Below are positions 1 through 9,631 of a stretch of DNA of 64,000 nucleotides, piece by piece. Each line of letters begins with the position of its first letter. Within the stretch, counting starts at the first letter, position 1. The position numbers and the translations under genes are program-made. Below the pieces are notes generated by a model. The model ran no database searches. It was not told the origin of the DNA and saw only the letters and a list, made by a program, of their open reading frames with translations. This DNA is from Alphaproteobacteria bacterium. GTDB lineage: Bacteria > Pseudomonadota > Alphaproteobacteria > Rs-D84. The DNA lies in assembly GCA_046881825.1 (NCBI GenBank), contig JBKSMS010000009.1:5307-69306 (forward strand). Direction: 5' to 3'.

Positions 1-1
1 A

Positions 2-610
2 AATCCACGTGGATATCGTGATGCTAAATTGATTTTGAATATCGGTTGCGATGGCAAGATAATCCCAATGGAAATCATCTGTCAGGTTAGAACTTTTTTT
101 GAATTTGAACACAGAACTCATATGGCTTATGAAAAAGCGCGTGGTGTAGAAAATAAAAAAAGTAAAAAAACTAATACAGTGGCATCTGTGTCATTGCATA
201 CAGAAAACCTGCATATCGAAGGTGTTAAAACCTATAATTTGATGATTTGTGATTGTGTTGAAGGCTTGTTTGACAGAATAGGTTGGAATATTTTATACAG
301 TGACGGTAACGAAGATATGTTATTCGAAGGTTTCCCGAAAATATTTACCATATATTACCCACAAAAAATCATAGATATATTGATGAGAAAGGTTGATATT
401 TCTGTTGAAAACGAAGTGTTTTATGTTCAAAACGCACCTGCAAAATTGACCAAAGATCAAGAAATTAGAATATTTAGATGGATGGCGCGATTTATCTTGG
501 TTGCTGCTATGCCATATTCTCATGCTGACTGGAAGGTAAAAACAGATACAATGGCGGGAAAATTCTTTGAATTTATCATGAAAGAATTACAACGTTATTA
601 TAAAAAATAG
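2..610 (+). CDS. 5'-truncated protein with RelA/SpoT-like nucleotidyltransferase motifs
   Basis: Frame is open from base 2, upstream of the TTG used by the ORF track: NPRGYRDAKLILNI...MEIICQV...THMAYEKAR, resembling the GYRD...E-x-Q...H-x-x-YE-x-x-R pattern of stand-alone RelA/SpoT-like domains. Confidence 0.5.
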   Translation, partial: NPRGYRDAKLILNIGCDGKIIPMEIICQVRTFFEFEHRTHMAYEKARGVENKKSKKTNTVASVSLHTENLHIEGVKTYNLMICDCVEGLFDRIGWNILYSDGNEDMLFEGFPKIFTIYYPQKIIDILMRKVDISVENEVFYVQNAPAKLTKDQEIRIFRWMARFILVAAMPYSHADWKVKTDTMAGKFFEFIMKELQRYYKK

Positions 611-724
611 GATATCGTTTTTCCTATTATATTTACTTGCCTTTTTATGTGAAATTGATGTAAAATAAAAGCAGGTCATTGATGGGTTTACAATGACTAT
701 AACAAGCATGAAAAGGATTCAATT

Positions 725-1069
725 ATGCGTCAAGGAAAGGTTAAATGGTATAACAGCAAAAAGTGCTTTGGTTTTATTGCACCGGATACACCAAATGAAG
801 ATGGAAACACGGATGATGTATTTGTTCATTCTTCTTCATTAAAGGCTGCGGATATTCGTTTTTTAAATGAAAATGATATTGTCGAATTCGAAGAAGAAGT
901 TCGTAATGGAAAATTATCTGTCACAACATTAAAATTGATTCAAAGGGATGAAGAATCGGCAAAAAGATTCCAAGAACGTCGTGCAGAACGCAGACGCGCC
1001 CGCGAAGAAAGAAAATCACGTGCAGAACACAAAGAAAAACGTTCTGGATTTGCTTTCTGGAAGAAATAA
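725..1069 (+). CDS. Cold-shock domain protein with charged C-terminal extension
   Basis: GKVKWYNSKKCFGFI (RNP1) and DVFVHSS (RNP2); ~40 aa Arg/Glu-rich tail; SD AAAGGA upstream. Confidence 0.92.
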   Translation: MRQGKVKWYNSKKCFGFIAPDTPNEDGNTDDVFVHSSSLKAADIRFLNENDIVEFEEEVRNGKLSVTTLKLIQRDEESAKRFQERRAERRRAREERKSRAEHKEKRSGFAFWKK

Positions 1070-1073
1070 AATT

Positions 1074-1100
1074 AAAAACCATCCAAACGGATGGTTTTTT
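1074..1100. terminator. Bidirectional intrinsic terminator
   Basis: AAAAACCATCC-AAAC-GGATGGTTTTTT between convergent csp and xerC. Confidence 0.85.
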
Positions 1101-2014
1101 TAATCATTGCTATTAGCCAAAGGGTGGGCATGTTTATATGCGTCCATAATTTCTGCCATATTTACTTTGGTATATAATTGCGTTGTTGATAACGACGCGT
1201 GTCCCAACAATTCTTGTAACGAACGCAAATCAGCACCACCAGCCAGCAGGGCAGTAGCAAAAGTATGACGCAGTGCATGTGGTGTCACATAATCTGGTAA
1301 TTGTAAATAATGACGCAAGTTTTCAATAACTTTTTCAGCCATACGCGGCGACATAGGAAGCCCCCGAACACTGCGAAATAATGGTTCATCGGCGCGCGTG
1401 CCATACGGATTTATTCTTGTGTATTTTTCAATAGCTGTATTCACAGCAGGCAAAACCGGGACAATTCGTTCTTTGTTCCCTTTGCCGATGATGCGCAAAG
1501 AATCTGGTGCACCATATACATCTTTGTTTTTTAATGACAAAGCTTCACTTATACGCAACCCACAACCAAATATCAATACGACCAACGCCCAATCTCGTGC
1601 GGCAATCCATGGTTCGTTCATATCTATTGCGCGAATTGCACCATGCATATCTGATATATCTGTTGTTTCAATAGCCTTTGATAATTTGCGTTCTATCTTT
1701 GGTGAAGAAATAAGCCCAATCGCATCGTTTTGGATGTTTTTATATCGCGCCAACCATTTATAAAAAGTTCGCAACGAAGACAAAGCGCGTGCCGTTGATT
1801 TGTGTGTTAATTCGCGTTTTGCCCTGTCTGCCAACCAACCGCGGAACGAAAAAGTATCAGCATGCGCGATATCTGATAGTTCGACAGCATTACTAAATCG
1901 CGCAAAAAAATTCAAGAAATCGCGAATATCACTTTCATAAGCAGATGCGGTATATGTTGAATAGTTTTTCGTATTCAACAAATAATCTACAAATTCAGCA
2001 ATTATTTCGTTCAT
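1100..2014 (-). CDS. xerC: Tyrosine recombinase XerC
   Basis: GLRISE, GKGNKER, TPHALRHTFAT, LLGHASLSTTQLYT catalytic motifs; 304 aa; N-terminal SAM-like domain. Confidence 0.88.
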   Translation of the reverse strand: MNEIIAEFVDYLLNTKNYSTYTASAYESDIRDFLNFFARFSNAVELSDIAHADTFSFRGWLADRAKRELTHKSTARALSSLRTFYKWLARYKNIQNDAIGLISSPKIERKLSKAIETTDISDMHGAIRAIDMNEPWIAARDWALVVLIFGCGLRISEALSLKNKDVYGAPDSLRIIGKGNKERIVPVLPAVNTAIEKYTRINPYGTRADEPLFRSVRGLPMSPRMAEKVIENLRHYLQLPDYVTPHALRHTFATALLAGGADLRSLQELLGHASLSTTQLYTKVNMAEIMDAYKHAHPLANSND

Positions 2015-2748
2015 TTTATTTCAAAAGTTGCAGATACATTGACGGTTATTTCTGTATCTTTGCCAACAATAGTTCCAGATGTATCAAATGCCGCAGATTC
2101 AGCAGTTGCCATCTTTGCACCCATCAATCTGTAATTAGCATACGGTCTTTCTTCGTAAGAAACATTACCATAAGATACAGATAATAATTTGCCAGCTTTT
2201 AATCCATTGCCCGAAACCAAAGCATTTGCGCGCACGCGTGCATCTTCGACAGCAGCACCTAAACATTTTTCCATGGCTGGTTTCAAAGCTTCAGAACTTG
2301 TGAACATACGAAGATTTTCTGTGAATATATCTGGCTGACCTGCATATTTGTTCAACACAGATTCTATGATTTCAGGATTAGATGCCGAAACTTCAACGGC
2401 AATACGCGTTTCTATCCCCAGATTTTCAGATTTTTGGGCAACATGATTCCATTCTGATTTTTCATAAGAATTGAATTCTGTTGTCTGCATTTTTACATCG
2501 ATGGTCTTCAAATAATCTGTAATGGCAGCCATTTTTTCTGTTGCCATTTTCATAGATTTTGCTGCGTTTTTATCCAAAGTTGTCACACGCAAAGTAATAG
2601 CAGTTCTGTCCTTTGGAACAGAAGTTAAACATTCGCCATTTACATTGATTTTGCGTATTTCTTTCGGCTTTTCAAACACACCAAAAATCAAATCTAGAAC
2701 AGCAGCAGCACCAATAATTCCAGCAGTTATTGTAAGTGTTTTTTTCAT
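2011..2748 (-). CDS. SIMPL (DUF541) family exported protein
   Basis: N-terminal hydrophobic segment; INVNGEC...PKDRTAITL, AVEDARVRANAL...GKLLSVS, C-terminal VNVSATFEIK. Confidence 0.8.
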   Translation of the reverse strand: MKKTLTITAGIIGAAAVLDLIFGVFEKPKEIRKINVNGECLTSVPKDRTAITLRVTTLDKNAAKSMKMATEKMAAITDYLKTIDVKMQTTEFNSYEKSEWNHVAQKSENLGIETRIAVEVSASNPEIIESVLNKYAGQPDIFTENLRMFTSSEALKPAMEKCLGAAVEDARVRANALVSGNGLKAGKLLSVSYGNVSYEERPYANYRLMGAKMATAESAAFDTSGTIVGKDTEITVNVSATFEIK

Positions 2749-2770
2749 GGTATTTCTCTCCTTTAAATTT

Positions 2771-3766
2771 TTATAAACCCAACATTTTCTTTTTTACTTT
2801 TGTAATAACTTTTTTTGCGACCACGCGTGCGCGTTCAGCCCCGGTATTTAATACAGTATCAATTTCAGACGTGTTCGCCATCAAATGTTCGTATTTTTCA
2901 CGATGTGGTTTTAATACAGAATCCATTTTTTCAAATAATATTGTTTTTGCTTCGCCATAACCCATGCCACCATCCAAAAAGCGTTTACGGAATGTCGAAA
3001 TTTCATCAGTATTTGCAAAGAATTTATAAAGTTGGAATATTGTAGATTCGTCTGGATTTTTCGATTCTTCTGGTGTTTTGGAATCTGTGATAATCCGCAT
3101 AATTTTTTTCTTTAATTCAGCAGTTGGGCACAATAATGGAATAGTGTTATCATAAGACTTGCTCATCTTTCTGCCGTCCAGTCCCGGAATTAAGCCACAA
3201 TCTTCACCAATTACAGGTTCAGGCAATTTGAAGGTTTCACCATAAATATTATTGAAATATCCAGCAATATCGCGTGCGAATTCGACATGTTGCTTTTGAT
3301 CTTTGCCAACAGGCACAACATCAGAATTATAAAGCAAAATATCAGCCGCCATTAAAACAGGATAGGTATATAAACCCATATTAACCCCAGAATCTATATC
3401 AATGCCAGATTCTGTATTTTTTTCAATCATCGCCTTGTAAGAATGGGCGCGATTCATTAAACCTTTTGGCGTAACATTCATTAAAAATTCTGTTAATTGA
3501 TAAACCGCGTCAATATCCGATTGGCGGAAAAATATGGTGTTTTCCAAATTTAATCCCATCGCAATCATCAGCGCGGCAATTTCATATGTGTGTTGTTTAA
3601 TTGCTTTTGCATCGTGTATACTATTCAAAGCATGTAAATCAGCGATAAACATAACTGTTTTATGATTTTGTGATAAATCAATTAATGGCTTTAGTGCGCC
3701 AATATAATTTCCAATATGTGGCGTTCCTGTTGGTTTTATCCCAGTTAAAACAATTTTATCAGTCAT
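2771..3766 (-). CDS. trpS: Tryptophan--tRNA ligase
   Basis: TGIKPTGTPHIGNY, YPVLMAADILLY, VPVGKDQKQH, KMSKS. Confidence 0.97.
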   Translation of the reverse strand: MTDKIVLTGIKPTGTPHIGNYIGALKPLIDLSQNHKTVMFIADLHALNSIHDAKAIKQHTYEIAALMIAMGLNLENTIFFRQSDIDAVYQLTEFLMNVTPKGLMNRAHSYKAMIEKNTESGIDIDSGVNMGLYTYPVLMAADILLYNSDVVPVGKDQKQHVEFARDIAGYFNNIYGETFKLPEPVIGEDCGLIPGLDGRKMSKSYDNTIPLLCPTAELKKKIMRIITDSKTPEESKNPDESTIFQLYKFFANTDEISTFRKRFLDGGMGYGEAKTILFEKMDSVLKPHREKYEHLMANTSEIDTVLNTGAERARVVAKKVITKVKKKMLGL

Positions 3767-3865
3767 ATTTGTTTACCTTTCAAAGTGATGATAACACTTT
3801 TGTATAAAAATTTCCAATAAAAAAATCCCGCAAAGCGCAGGATTTTATAATAGGTGTTTTTTCTA

Positions 3866-4498
3866 TTATCTGGAATAGAATTCGACGACCAATTCTGGAA
3901 ACATTTGCACAGGATATGGAACATCTGTAAACGCTGGAACGCGTGTAAATGTCGCAGTAAATGCATTGCTGTCCACAGTAATATAGTCTGGGAAATTGCG
4001 TTCGCCAGATTCCAAAGCCAATACGACCAATGGCATCTGTTTTGCTTTTTCACTAACCGTGATAACATCGCCTGGGTTAACACGATAAGAAGCAATTTTA
4101 ACGCGCTTTCCGTTTACATAGATATGACCGTGGCTGACCAATTGACGTGCAGAAAACACTGTTGGTGCCAATTTAGAACGATATACGACAGCATCCAAGC
4201 GTCTTTCCAACAAGCCAATCAAGTTATCAGGTGTGTCACCTTTCATATTATCTGCTTCCAAATAATAAGCATGGAATTTCTTTTCGCCAATATTGCCATA
4301 GTATCCCTTCAAAGTCTGTTTTGCGCGCATCTGTTTCGCGTAATCAGAAGACGAAGCCCCACGTGAAGTTGGACCATGTTGTCCTGGTTTATATTTGCGT
4401 TTGTTAAATGGGGATTTAGCTTGACCCCAAAGATTGCAACCCAAAGAACGGCCAATCTTTAATTTGCGTGTGCTGCGTTTTGCACCAGCTCTTGCCAT
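3866..4498 (-). CDS. rpsD: 30S ribosomal protein S4
   Basis: PGQHG, LERRLDAVVYR, ARQLVSHGHI, VVEFYSR. Confidence 0.98.
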   Translation of the reverse strand: MARAGAKRSTRKLKIGRSLGCNLWGQAKSPFNKRKYKPGQHGPTSRGASSSDYAKQMRAKQTLKGYYGNIGEKKFHAYYLEADNMKGDTPDNLIGLLERRLDAVVYRSKLAPTVFSARQLVSHGHIYVNGKRVKIASYRVNPGDVITVSEKAKQMPLVVLALESGERNFPDYITVDSNAFTATFTRVPAFTDVPYPVQMFPELVVEFYSR

Positions 4499-4668
4499 AA
4501 TATTATCCTTTTAGTTTTTGGTTTTTATTGTGCCGAACACTTCACAGAATCCTTATCTCAAACGGGACCAAAAGACACCGTCGATTATTCAGTTCTGGTT
4601 ATCCAGCAGGGCATATTTTATACATATTTTTGACAAATGCAAGAAAAATCCGCCAATCGGCGGATGTT

Positions 4669-6420
4669 TTATTTCATCACAAAATGAACACTATATTGTG
4701 GTTTTTTGTCTGCACCTAATGCTGCACGAATAACCTTGTTTGATGCCACTTGAACTGCTTTTCTAAGGTTATCTTGATTTTTGCGTTCAGTCTTGGTTAA
4801 TTTATCAATCGCATTAGTGATTTCAATTTGAATTTGACGTTTCATAAATCCAGTGTCATCAGATTCAAATATACCTGCGCTTGATACTTCGGGCACACCT
4901 TTTAAGAATCCCTTTTTGTCGACGGGCAGGGTGACAAATATCGCACCATTAGAAGCAATCTTTTTACGGTTTTTATAAACCTGGTCATCGGCACTGCGTT
5001 CTGTTTCGCCTTCCATAACAACAAAACCAGTTGGCACAGATTCACACACATACGGTTCTGTCCCATCTTTTAACGCGATAACATCGCCATTATGGACAAG
5101 CATCATATGTTTTGCACCACCACGTTCCATCGCCATTTTTCCGTTCAACATTTCACTGATATATTCGCCGTGCATTGGGATAGAAACTTGGGGGTGAACC
5201 ATATCATAGAATCTTTCAAATTCTGGTCGTCCAGCATGTCCAGATGCGTGGATATGGTCAGTATCAAATATAGTATATGTTTTGATACCCATGCGCGCCA
5301 ATTTGTTATAAAGGTAAGAAACATCTTGTTCGCGTCCCGGAATAATAATCGCACTGAATACCACAGTATCAGTTGGCAAAAGCTTTAATTCTTTTACATG
5401 ACCGTTGCAAAGACGTGTCAACATAGCATACTTTTCGCCCTGGGAACCCGTTAAAAACACAGCTTGTTTTTCAGCAGGCAAATCTTTGATTTCTTCAAAA
5501 GTGTAAACATCATCTTCGCCAAGATAACCGTATTCAATACCAATTTCACGAAATTCTGGCAACCCAACATAAGGTACAGGATTAGGATTGCTGCGCTCTT
5601 TAATCGCGGCAATTCGTCCCGCGGCATGTGCTGCTTCGCTAAACATCTTTATGCGCGCCAAACTTCTGGAATAACCGGTCACAAAAACGCGCCCTGGGGC
5701 TTTTTTCATAATTTCAGTTAAGCTGTCGCGAACTTGAATTTCTGTGGTTTGTGGTGTCTGTCTTTCAGACGAAGTAGAATCACAAACGCAGGCCAGCAAT
5801 TTTGGGTCAGAACCAATTTCGCGTAATCTTTCATAATTTGTCCCAGGTTCAATAGGGTTGTCATCGTTAAAAGTCCAATCGCCTGTGTGCAAGATTTTTC
5901 CCGCAGGTGTTTTTATAATTAACATTTGTGCTTCTGGAACAGAATGGGATACATGAAAAGTTTCAATCACAAACGGATCCAAATCTAATTCAGCGCCAGC
6001 CGCATCAAATTCAATAATATCTTTTTCTGGATTATAATCCATTTCCAGACCATCAAATGTCCGTCTTAAAATTTCAGCAGGAAACCGCGTGCAATAAATA
6101 GGTTTTCTAAACTTTGGCCAGATGAATTTCAATGCGCCAATATGATCTTCGTGACCATGTGTCATAACAAAAGCAACAACATCTTTTTTATGTTTTTCCA
6201 ACCATGTTGTATCACAATATTGAACATCGCCAGCACCGATTTCTTCTTCTAAAAAACCCATACCGCAATCAACGATTAAATATTTGCCCTTGTATTTATA
6301 AAGATACATGTTTTGACCAACATGTTCCAATCCCCCCAGCGCCATAAAATATATTTTTTCATCGTTGGTGTCACTTTCGTGGGCCGGTTTATCAGCAATT
6401 TTTTCTTTTACTTTTACCAT
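4669..6420 (-). CDS. rnj: Ribonuclease J
   Basis: LGGLEHVGQNM, THGHEDHIG, HSVPE, HTGDW, GSQGE, HASGHA, PMHGE. Confidence 0.95.
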   Translation of the reverse strand: MVKVKEKIADKPAHESDTNDEKIYFMALGGLEHVGQNMYLYKYKGKYLIVDCGMGFLEEEIGAGDVQYCDTTWLEKHKKDVVAFVMTHGHEDHIGALKFIWPKFRKPIYCTRFPAEILRRTFDGLEMDYNPEKDIIEFDAAGAELDLDPFVIETFHVSHSVPEAQMLIIKTPAGKILHTGDWTFNDDNPIEPGTNYERLREIGSDPKLLACVCDSTSSERQTPQTTEIQVRDSLTEIMKKAPGRVFVTGYSRSLARIKMFSEAAHAAGRIAAIKERSNPNPVPYVGLPEFREIGIEYGYLGEDDVYTFEEIKDLPAEKQAVFLTGSQGEKYAMLTRLCNGHVKELKLLPTDTVVFSAIIIPGREQDVSYLYNKLARMGIKTYTIFDTDHIHASGHAGRPEFERFYDMVHPQVSIPMHGEYISEMLNGKMAMERGGAKHMMLVHNGDVIALKDGTEPYVCESVPTGFVVMEGETERSADDQVYKNRKKIASNGAIFVTLPVDKKGFLKGVPEVSSAGIFESDDTGFMKRQIQIEITNAIDKLTKTERKNQDNLRKAVQVASNKVIRAALGADKKPQYSVHFVMK

Positions 6421-6522
6421 AATTCATAATCCTTTAATCAATGTGAATATAATATGATTTTTAATATATAAAATCAAGAAAAATAGAAAAATAAAAAAGC
6501 GCAATTAAATTTGCGCTTTTTA

Positions 6523-6792
6523 TTATCTGTGAATTCGTTCTGCTTTTAAAGCAACGATTTGTAATGGATGTGCTATAAGTTGTTTGCGTAACATTTCGCG
6601 TTTTGCTTGGACTTGTTTATTGTGTTTTAAAGTTTTATTTTTCTTATACAACACAGAATCGGGATCTATGGTCATTTCTTCTGGATACATCATATTGTGT
6701 TTTTTATATTCTTTTCTGAATGTTTTTCTAGGCATTTCTAAAATAACGGTATCACCAATTTGAATGTAATCATAAGTATTGTTGTCATACAT
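6523..6792 (-). CDS. Hypothetical protein (GD...NxT orphan family; ends ERIHR)
   Basis: ATG with AGGA upstream; terminator-like hairpin at ~6494-6521; YDYIQIGDTVIL...KNKT. Confidence 0.6.
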   Translation of the reverse strand: MYDNNTYDYIQIGDTVILEMPRKTFRKEYKKHNMMYPEEMTIDPDSVLYKKNKTLKHNKQVQAKREMLRKQLIAHPLQIVALKAERIHR

Positions 6793-6821
6793 TGTTATCC
6801 TGGCGGCAAGAAATGTTTTTC

Positions 6822-6847
6822 TAATTCGTGGCGCACCCAGCGGGAGT
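6822..6847 (-). repeat. Direct duplication of tRNA-Arg 3' end
   Basis: 6828-6847 GTGGCGCACCCAGCGGGAGT is identical to 6993-7012; the match extends to 26 bp with one mismatch; spacing 165 bp. Confidence 0.92.
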
Positions 6848-6993
6848 GTAATTCCCGCTCACTTTGTTCGCGGGCCCCTTTCACTTCGCTTCGCTTCGTC
6901 CCGAACCTGTCGTTGCTGCGCAACTTTTTCGGTTCGCCTCCCTTGGGTGATAACAACACAAACAAAACCGACCACAAGGGTCGGTTTAATTTG

Positions 6994-7070
6994 TGGCGCA
7001 CCCAGCGGGAGTCGAACCTGCAGTCTTTGCCTTCGGAGGGCAATGCATTATCCAGTTATGCTATGGGTGC
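6994..7070 (-). tRNA. tRNA-Arg(CCG)
   Basis: GCACCCATAGCATAACTGGATAATGCA-TTGCC-CT-CCG-AA-GGCAA...GGTTCGACTCC...GGGTGCGCCA; encoded CCA. Confidence 0.96.
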
Positions 7071-7087
7071 ATGCGTTATATTATATC

Positions 7088-8159
7088 TTATTTTGCCAGC
7101 ATTGCCAACATAAAATCGTCCAAGTCACCATCAAGAACCGCAGCAGAATCTGTCTTTTCAACATTTGTCCGAACATCTTTAACCAATTGGTACGGGTAAA
7201 GAACATAGTTGCGAATTTGACTGCCCCATTCGATTTTTTTCTGTTGTGCCTTTGCTGCGTCTTCTTCGGCAGCGCGTTTTTGCATTTCCAATTCATAAAG
7301 ACGAGATTTTAACATCTTCATCGCCATTTCTTTGTTTTGAATTTGACTGCGTTCGTTCTGGCAAGTCACAACGGTATTTGTTGGGATATGCGTAATACGC
7401 ACCGCGGAATCTGTCTTGTTAACATGCTGGCCTCCGGCACCACTTGCACGATAAGTGTCAATGCGCAAATCTTTTTCGTTTATTTCAATTTCTATGGAAT
7501 CATCAACATCTGGCCACACATCTACCGAAGCAAAACTGGTCTGACGTTTGCCGTTTGCATTAAAAGGCGATATGCGAACCAATCTGTGAACGCCGATTTC
7601 ATTCTTTAACCAACCAAATGCGCGTTCGCCAGAGATACGAAAAGTGACGCTTTTTATTCCCGCAACATCCCCAATGTGTTCTTCGACGGTTTCGATTGTA
7701 AAGCCATGTCTTTCGCACCATCTGGTATACATACGGGACAGCATTTGCGCCCAATCTTGTGCTTCTGTGCCACCGGCACCCGCCTGAATAAACAAAAAGG
7801 CACCATTGTTATCCATTGGGTCGTTAAACAAAGTGATAAATTTAGCGCGATGAACATCGTCAGCCAAGGTTGATATTGCAGTCAAAACATCTGTATCTTC
7901 TGGGGATAATTCATACAATTCAACCAAATTATTATATTCGCTTTCGAGATGGTTAAATTCAGACAACTGTTTTTCTAGATTTGATTTTTTCTGTAAAATT
8001 CCGCGGGCATAATCAGGATTGTCCCACAAATCAGGCGCATTTACAATTTGATTTAATTTTTCTATTTCTGATTGGATTTTATTTGGGTCAAAGAAACCCC
8101 CTTATGGCGGAAATATCGTCATAAATTTGATTTAAAATTTCATTGTTTGTCGTAATCAT
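7088..8159 (-). CDS. prfB: Peptide chain release factor 2 with programmed +1 frameshift
   Basis: ATG at 8159, 23 codons ending AGG GGG TTT CTT TGA C (shift at 8090), then the +1 frame runs to 7088; SPF and GGQ motifs. Confidence 0.97.
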
Positions 8160-8275
8160 GTTCAAAATATAGCAATTTATTTATCTAAATCAACTTTTTT
8201 GTGTTTTTATTGTTAAAGTTTTATTGCGTTTAGTTTTAAAATATGATAAAATAATTCTAACGAGAGGGATTTCTT

Positions 8276-9523
8276 ATGAAAAGATTTTGGTTGACTTGTG
8301 GATGTATCGGCGCTTTTTTGATAGGCGATGCGGCAATGGCCATTTCTGCGGGAACCGTTGCTAATGATTCTGCGCGCGCATCGGTTTATACTAATTCTGC
8401 AGGATATTCAACTGCGGGCAGTCGCGGGCAAAAGGGTATTGCTAATGCGTATATCCAAAATCAACGCAATACATATTTCTTGGTTACACAACCAGATGTT
8501 GATACCGCATGCCGTCGTAAAATTATGAACTGTTTAACAGATTATTGTGGCGACAGCACTGTTGTTCCTGGAAAAACATCTTCTCGGTGTATGTATGCAA
8601 CTGAAACAGAATTGTATAATTATGCATTGCTTTGCTTACAAAAAGATACATCCATCTTGCTACCACAATATAACACAATGACAAGAAATGGGGCGGGGGG
8701 GATGAATACGGCTGCACGTCTTTGTCCGTCTTATGTGCAACAAGAATTAATGTCTTATTTATCAATGGCGAATATGGCGGATAAATTGACTAAATCTCAT
8801 TCTGATTTGTGTGTCCAGCGCCGTCGTGAATTAGAAGCGGCCATGGCGTGTCATTCTGTTGCTTTGGCTTATGGTAACGAAACAACCAGTATGTTGACTA
8901 CACAATTGACCGATTATTGCGGTGCTGGTGTTGCTGGTGGTTCTGCTGAAATGGTGACTCGTTTTGTTAATGCTGGTAATGTTGGTGCCAGTGTTTGGGG
9001 TTGGGCTGAAAAAATAGTTAGTTTGGATTTGAATAACAAGGGTGCAAATTGGGAATCTGCGGTTGATGCTGTTTTGGCAAGTTATACGAATCGTATGAAT
9101 TTGGCATGTGGTGATGATTTACAATTAAATACTGTGTCTCATCCAACAACAACAAATACTACACCTAATTTACAGAATGCCGTGTCTTTGGTTGCGAATG
9201 TTGCTTTTCCAACCACACAAAACACAAAACAAAATCCATATGAAGACCAAAGTGTTTTTATGGAAGTGACATCGATGTCTGAAATATATGATTATGCCAG
9301 TGCGAACCAGGTTGTTCAAGCAGGTTTAACAAACAGTGCTTTGACACAAAACTCGTTTTTAACATCTACACAGATGGATCAAATGCAAAAGGCATATAAG
9401 CGCGGGACCAAGGTGTTTATTATCCGCGACAGCACGCGTTGTTATACTGTTCCTGTGACCAGTTTGACTCAGTCAGAAACTTCACTGGTTGCAAATGCTT
9501 TTGCTAACTGTGTCAGCAGATAA
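8276..9523 (+). CDS. Exported cysteine-rich hypothetical protein
   Basis: Signal-peptide-like N-terminus (MKRFWL...AAMA); many Cys, e.g. CRRKIMNCLTDYC...RC; SD GAGGG; terminator ~9543-9566. Confidence 0.75.
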   Translation: MKRFWLTCGCIGAFLIGDAAMAISAGTVANDSARASVYTNSAGYSTAGSRGQKGIANAYIQNQRNTYFLVTQPDVDTACRRKIMNCLTDYCGDSTVVPGKTSSRCMYATETELYNYALLCLQKDTSILLPQYNTMTRNGAGGMNTAARLCPSYVQQELMSYLSMANMADKLTKSHSDLCVQRRRELEAAMACHSVALAYGNETTSMLTTQLTDYCGAGVAGGSAEMVTRFVNAGNVGASVWGWAEKIVSLDLNNKGANWESAVDAVLASYTNRMNLACGDDLQLNTVSHPTTTNTTPNLQNAVSLVANVAFPTTQNTKQNPYEDQSVFMEVTSMSEIYDYASANQVVQAGLTNSALTQNSFLTSTQMDQMQKAYKRGTKVFIIRDSTRCYTVPVTSLTQSETSLVANAFANCVSR

Positions 9524-9631
9524 ATTATAAAAGTATTTATGAAAGGCACCCTGTGGGGTGCTTTTTAAATATGTAAAAAAATTCATAGCCTTTTCTTGAA
9601 AACGGAGTGTTTTTTTGATATAATATGTTCC

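Noticed and set aside
1100-2014. Tyrosine recombinase as a mobile-element integrase
   Set aside because: Size and motifs fit housekeeping XerC, it lies in a trpS-SIMPL operon, and no att sites or cargo flank it.
6822-7012. Possible CRISPR array
   Set aside because: Only two copies, which match a tRNA 3' end, with a long spacer and no cas genes. No CRISPR array was seen elsewhere in the window.
6760-7312. ORFs 6760-7113, 6779-7312, 6795-7043 and 6993-7199
   Set aside because: They overlap tRNA-Arg, its repeat and prfB; open frames arise from GC-rich structured DNA.
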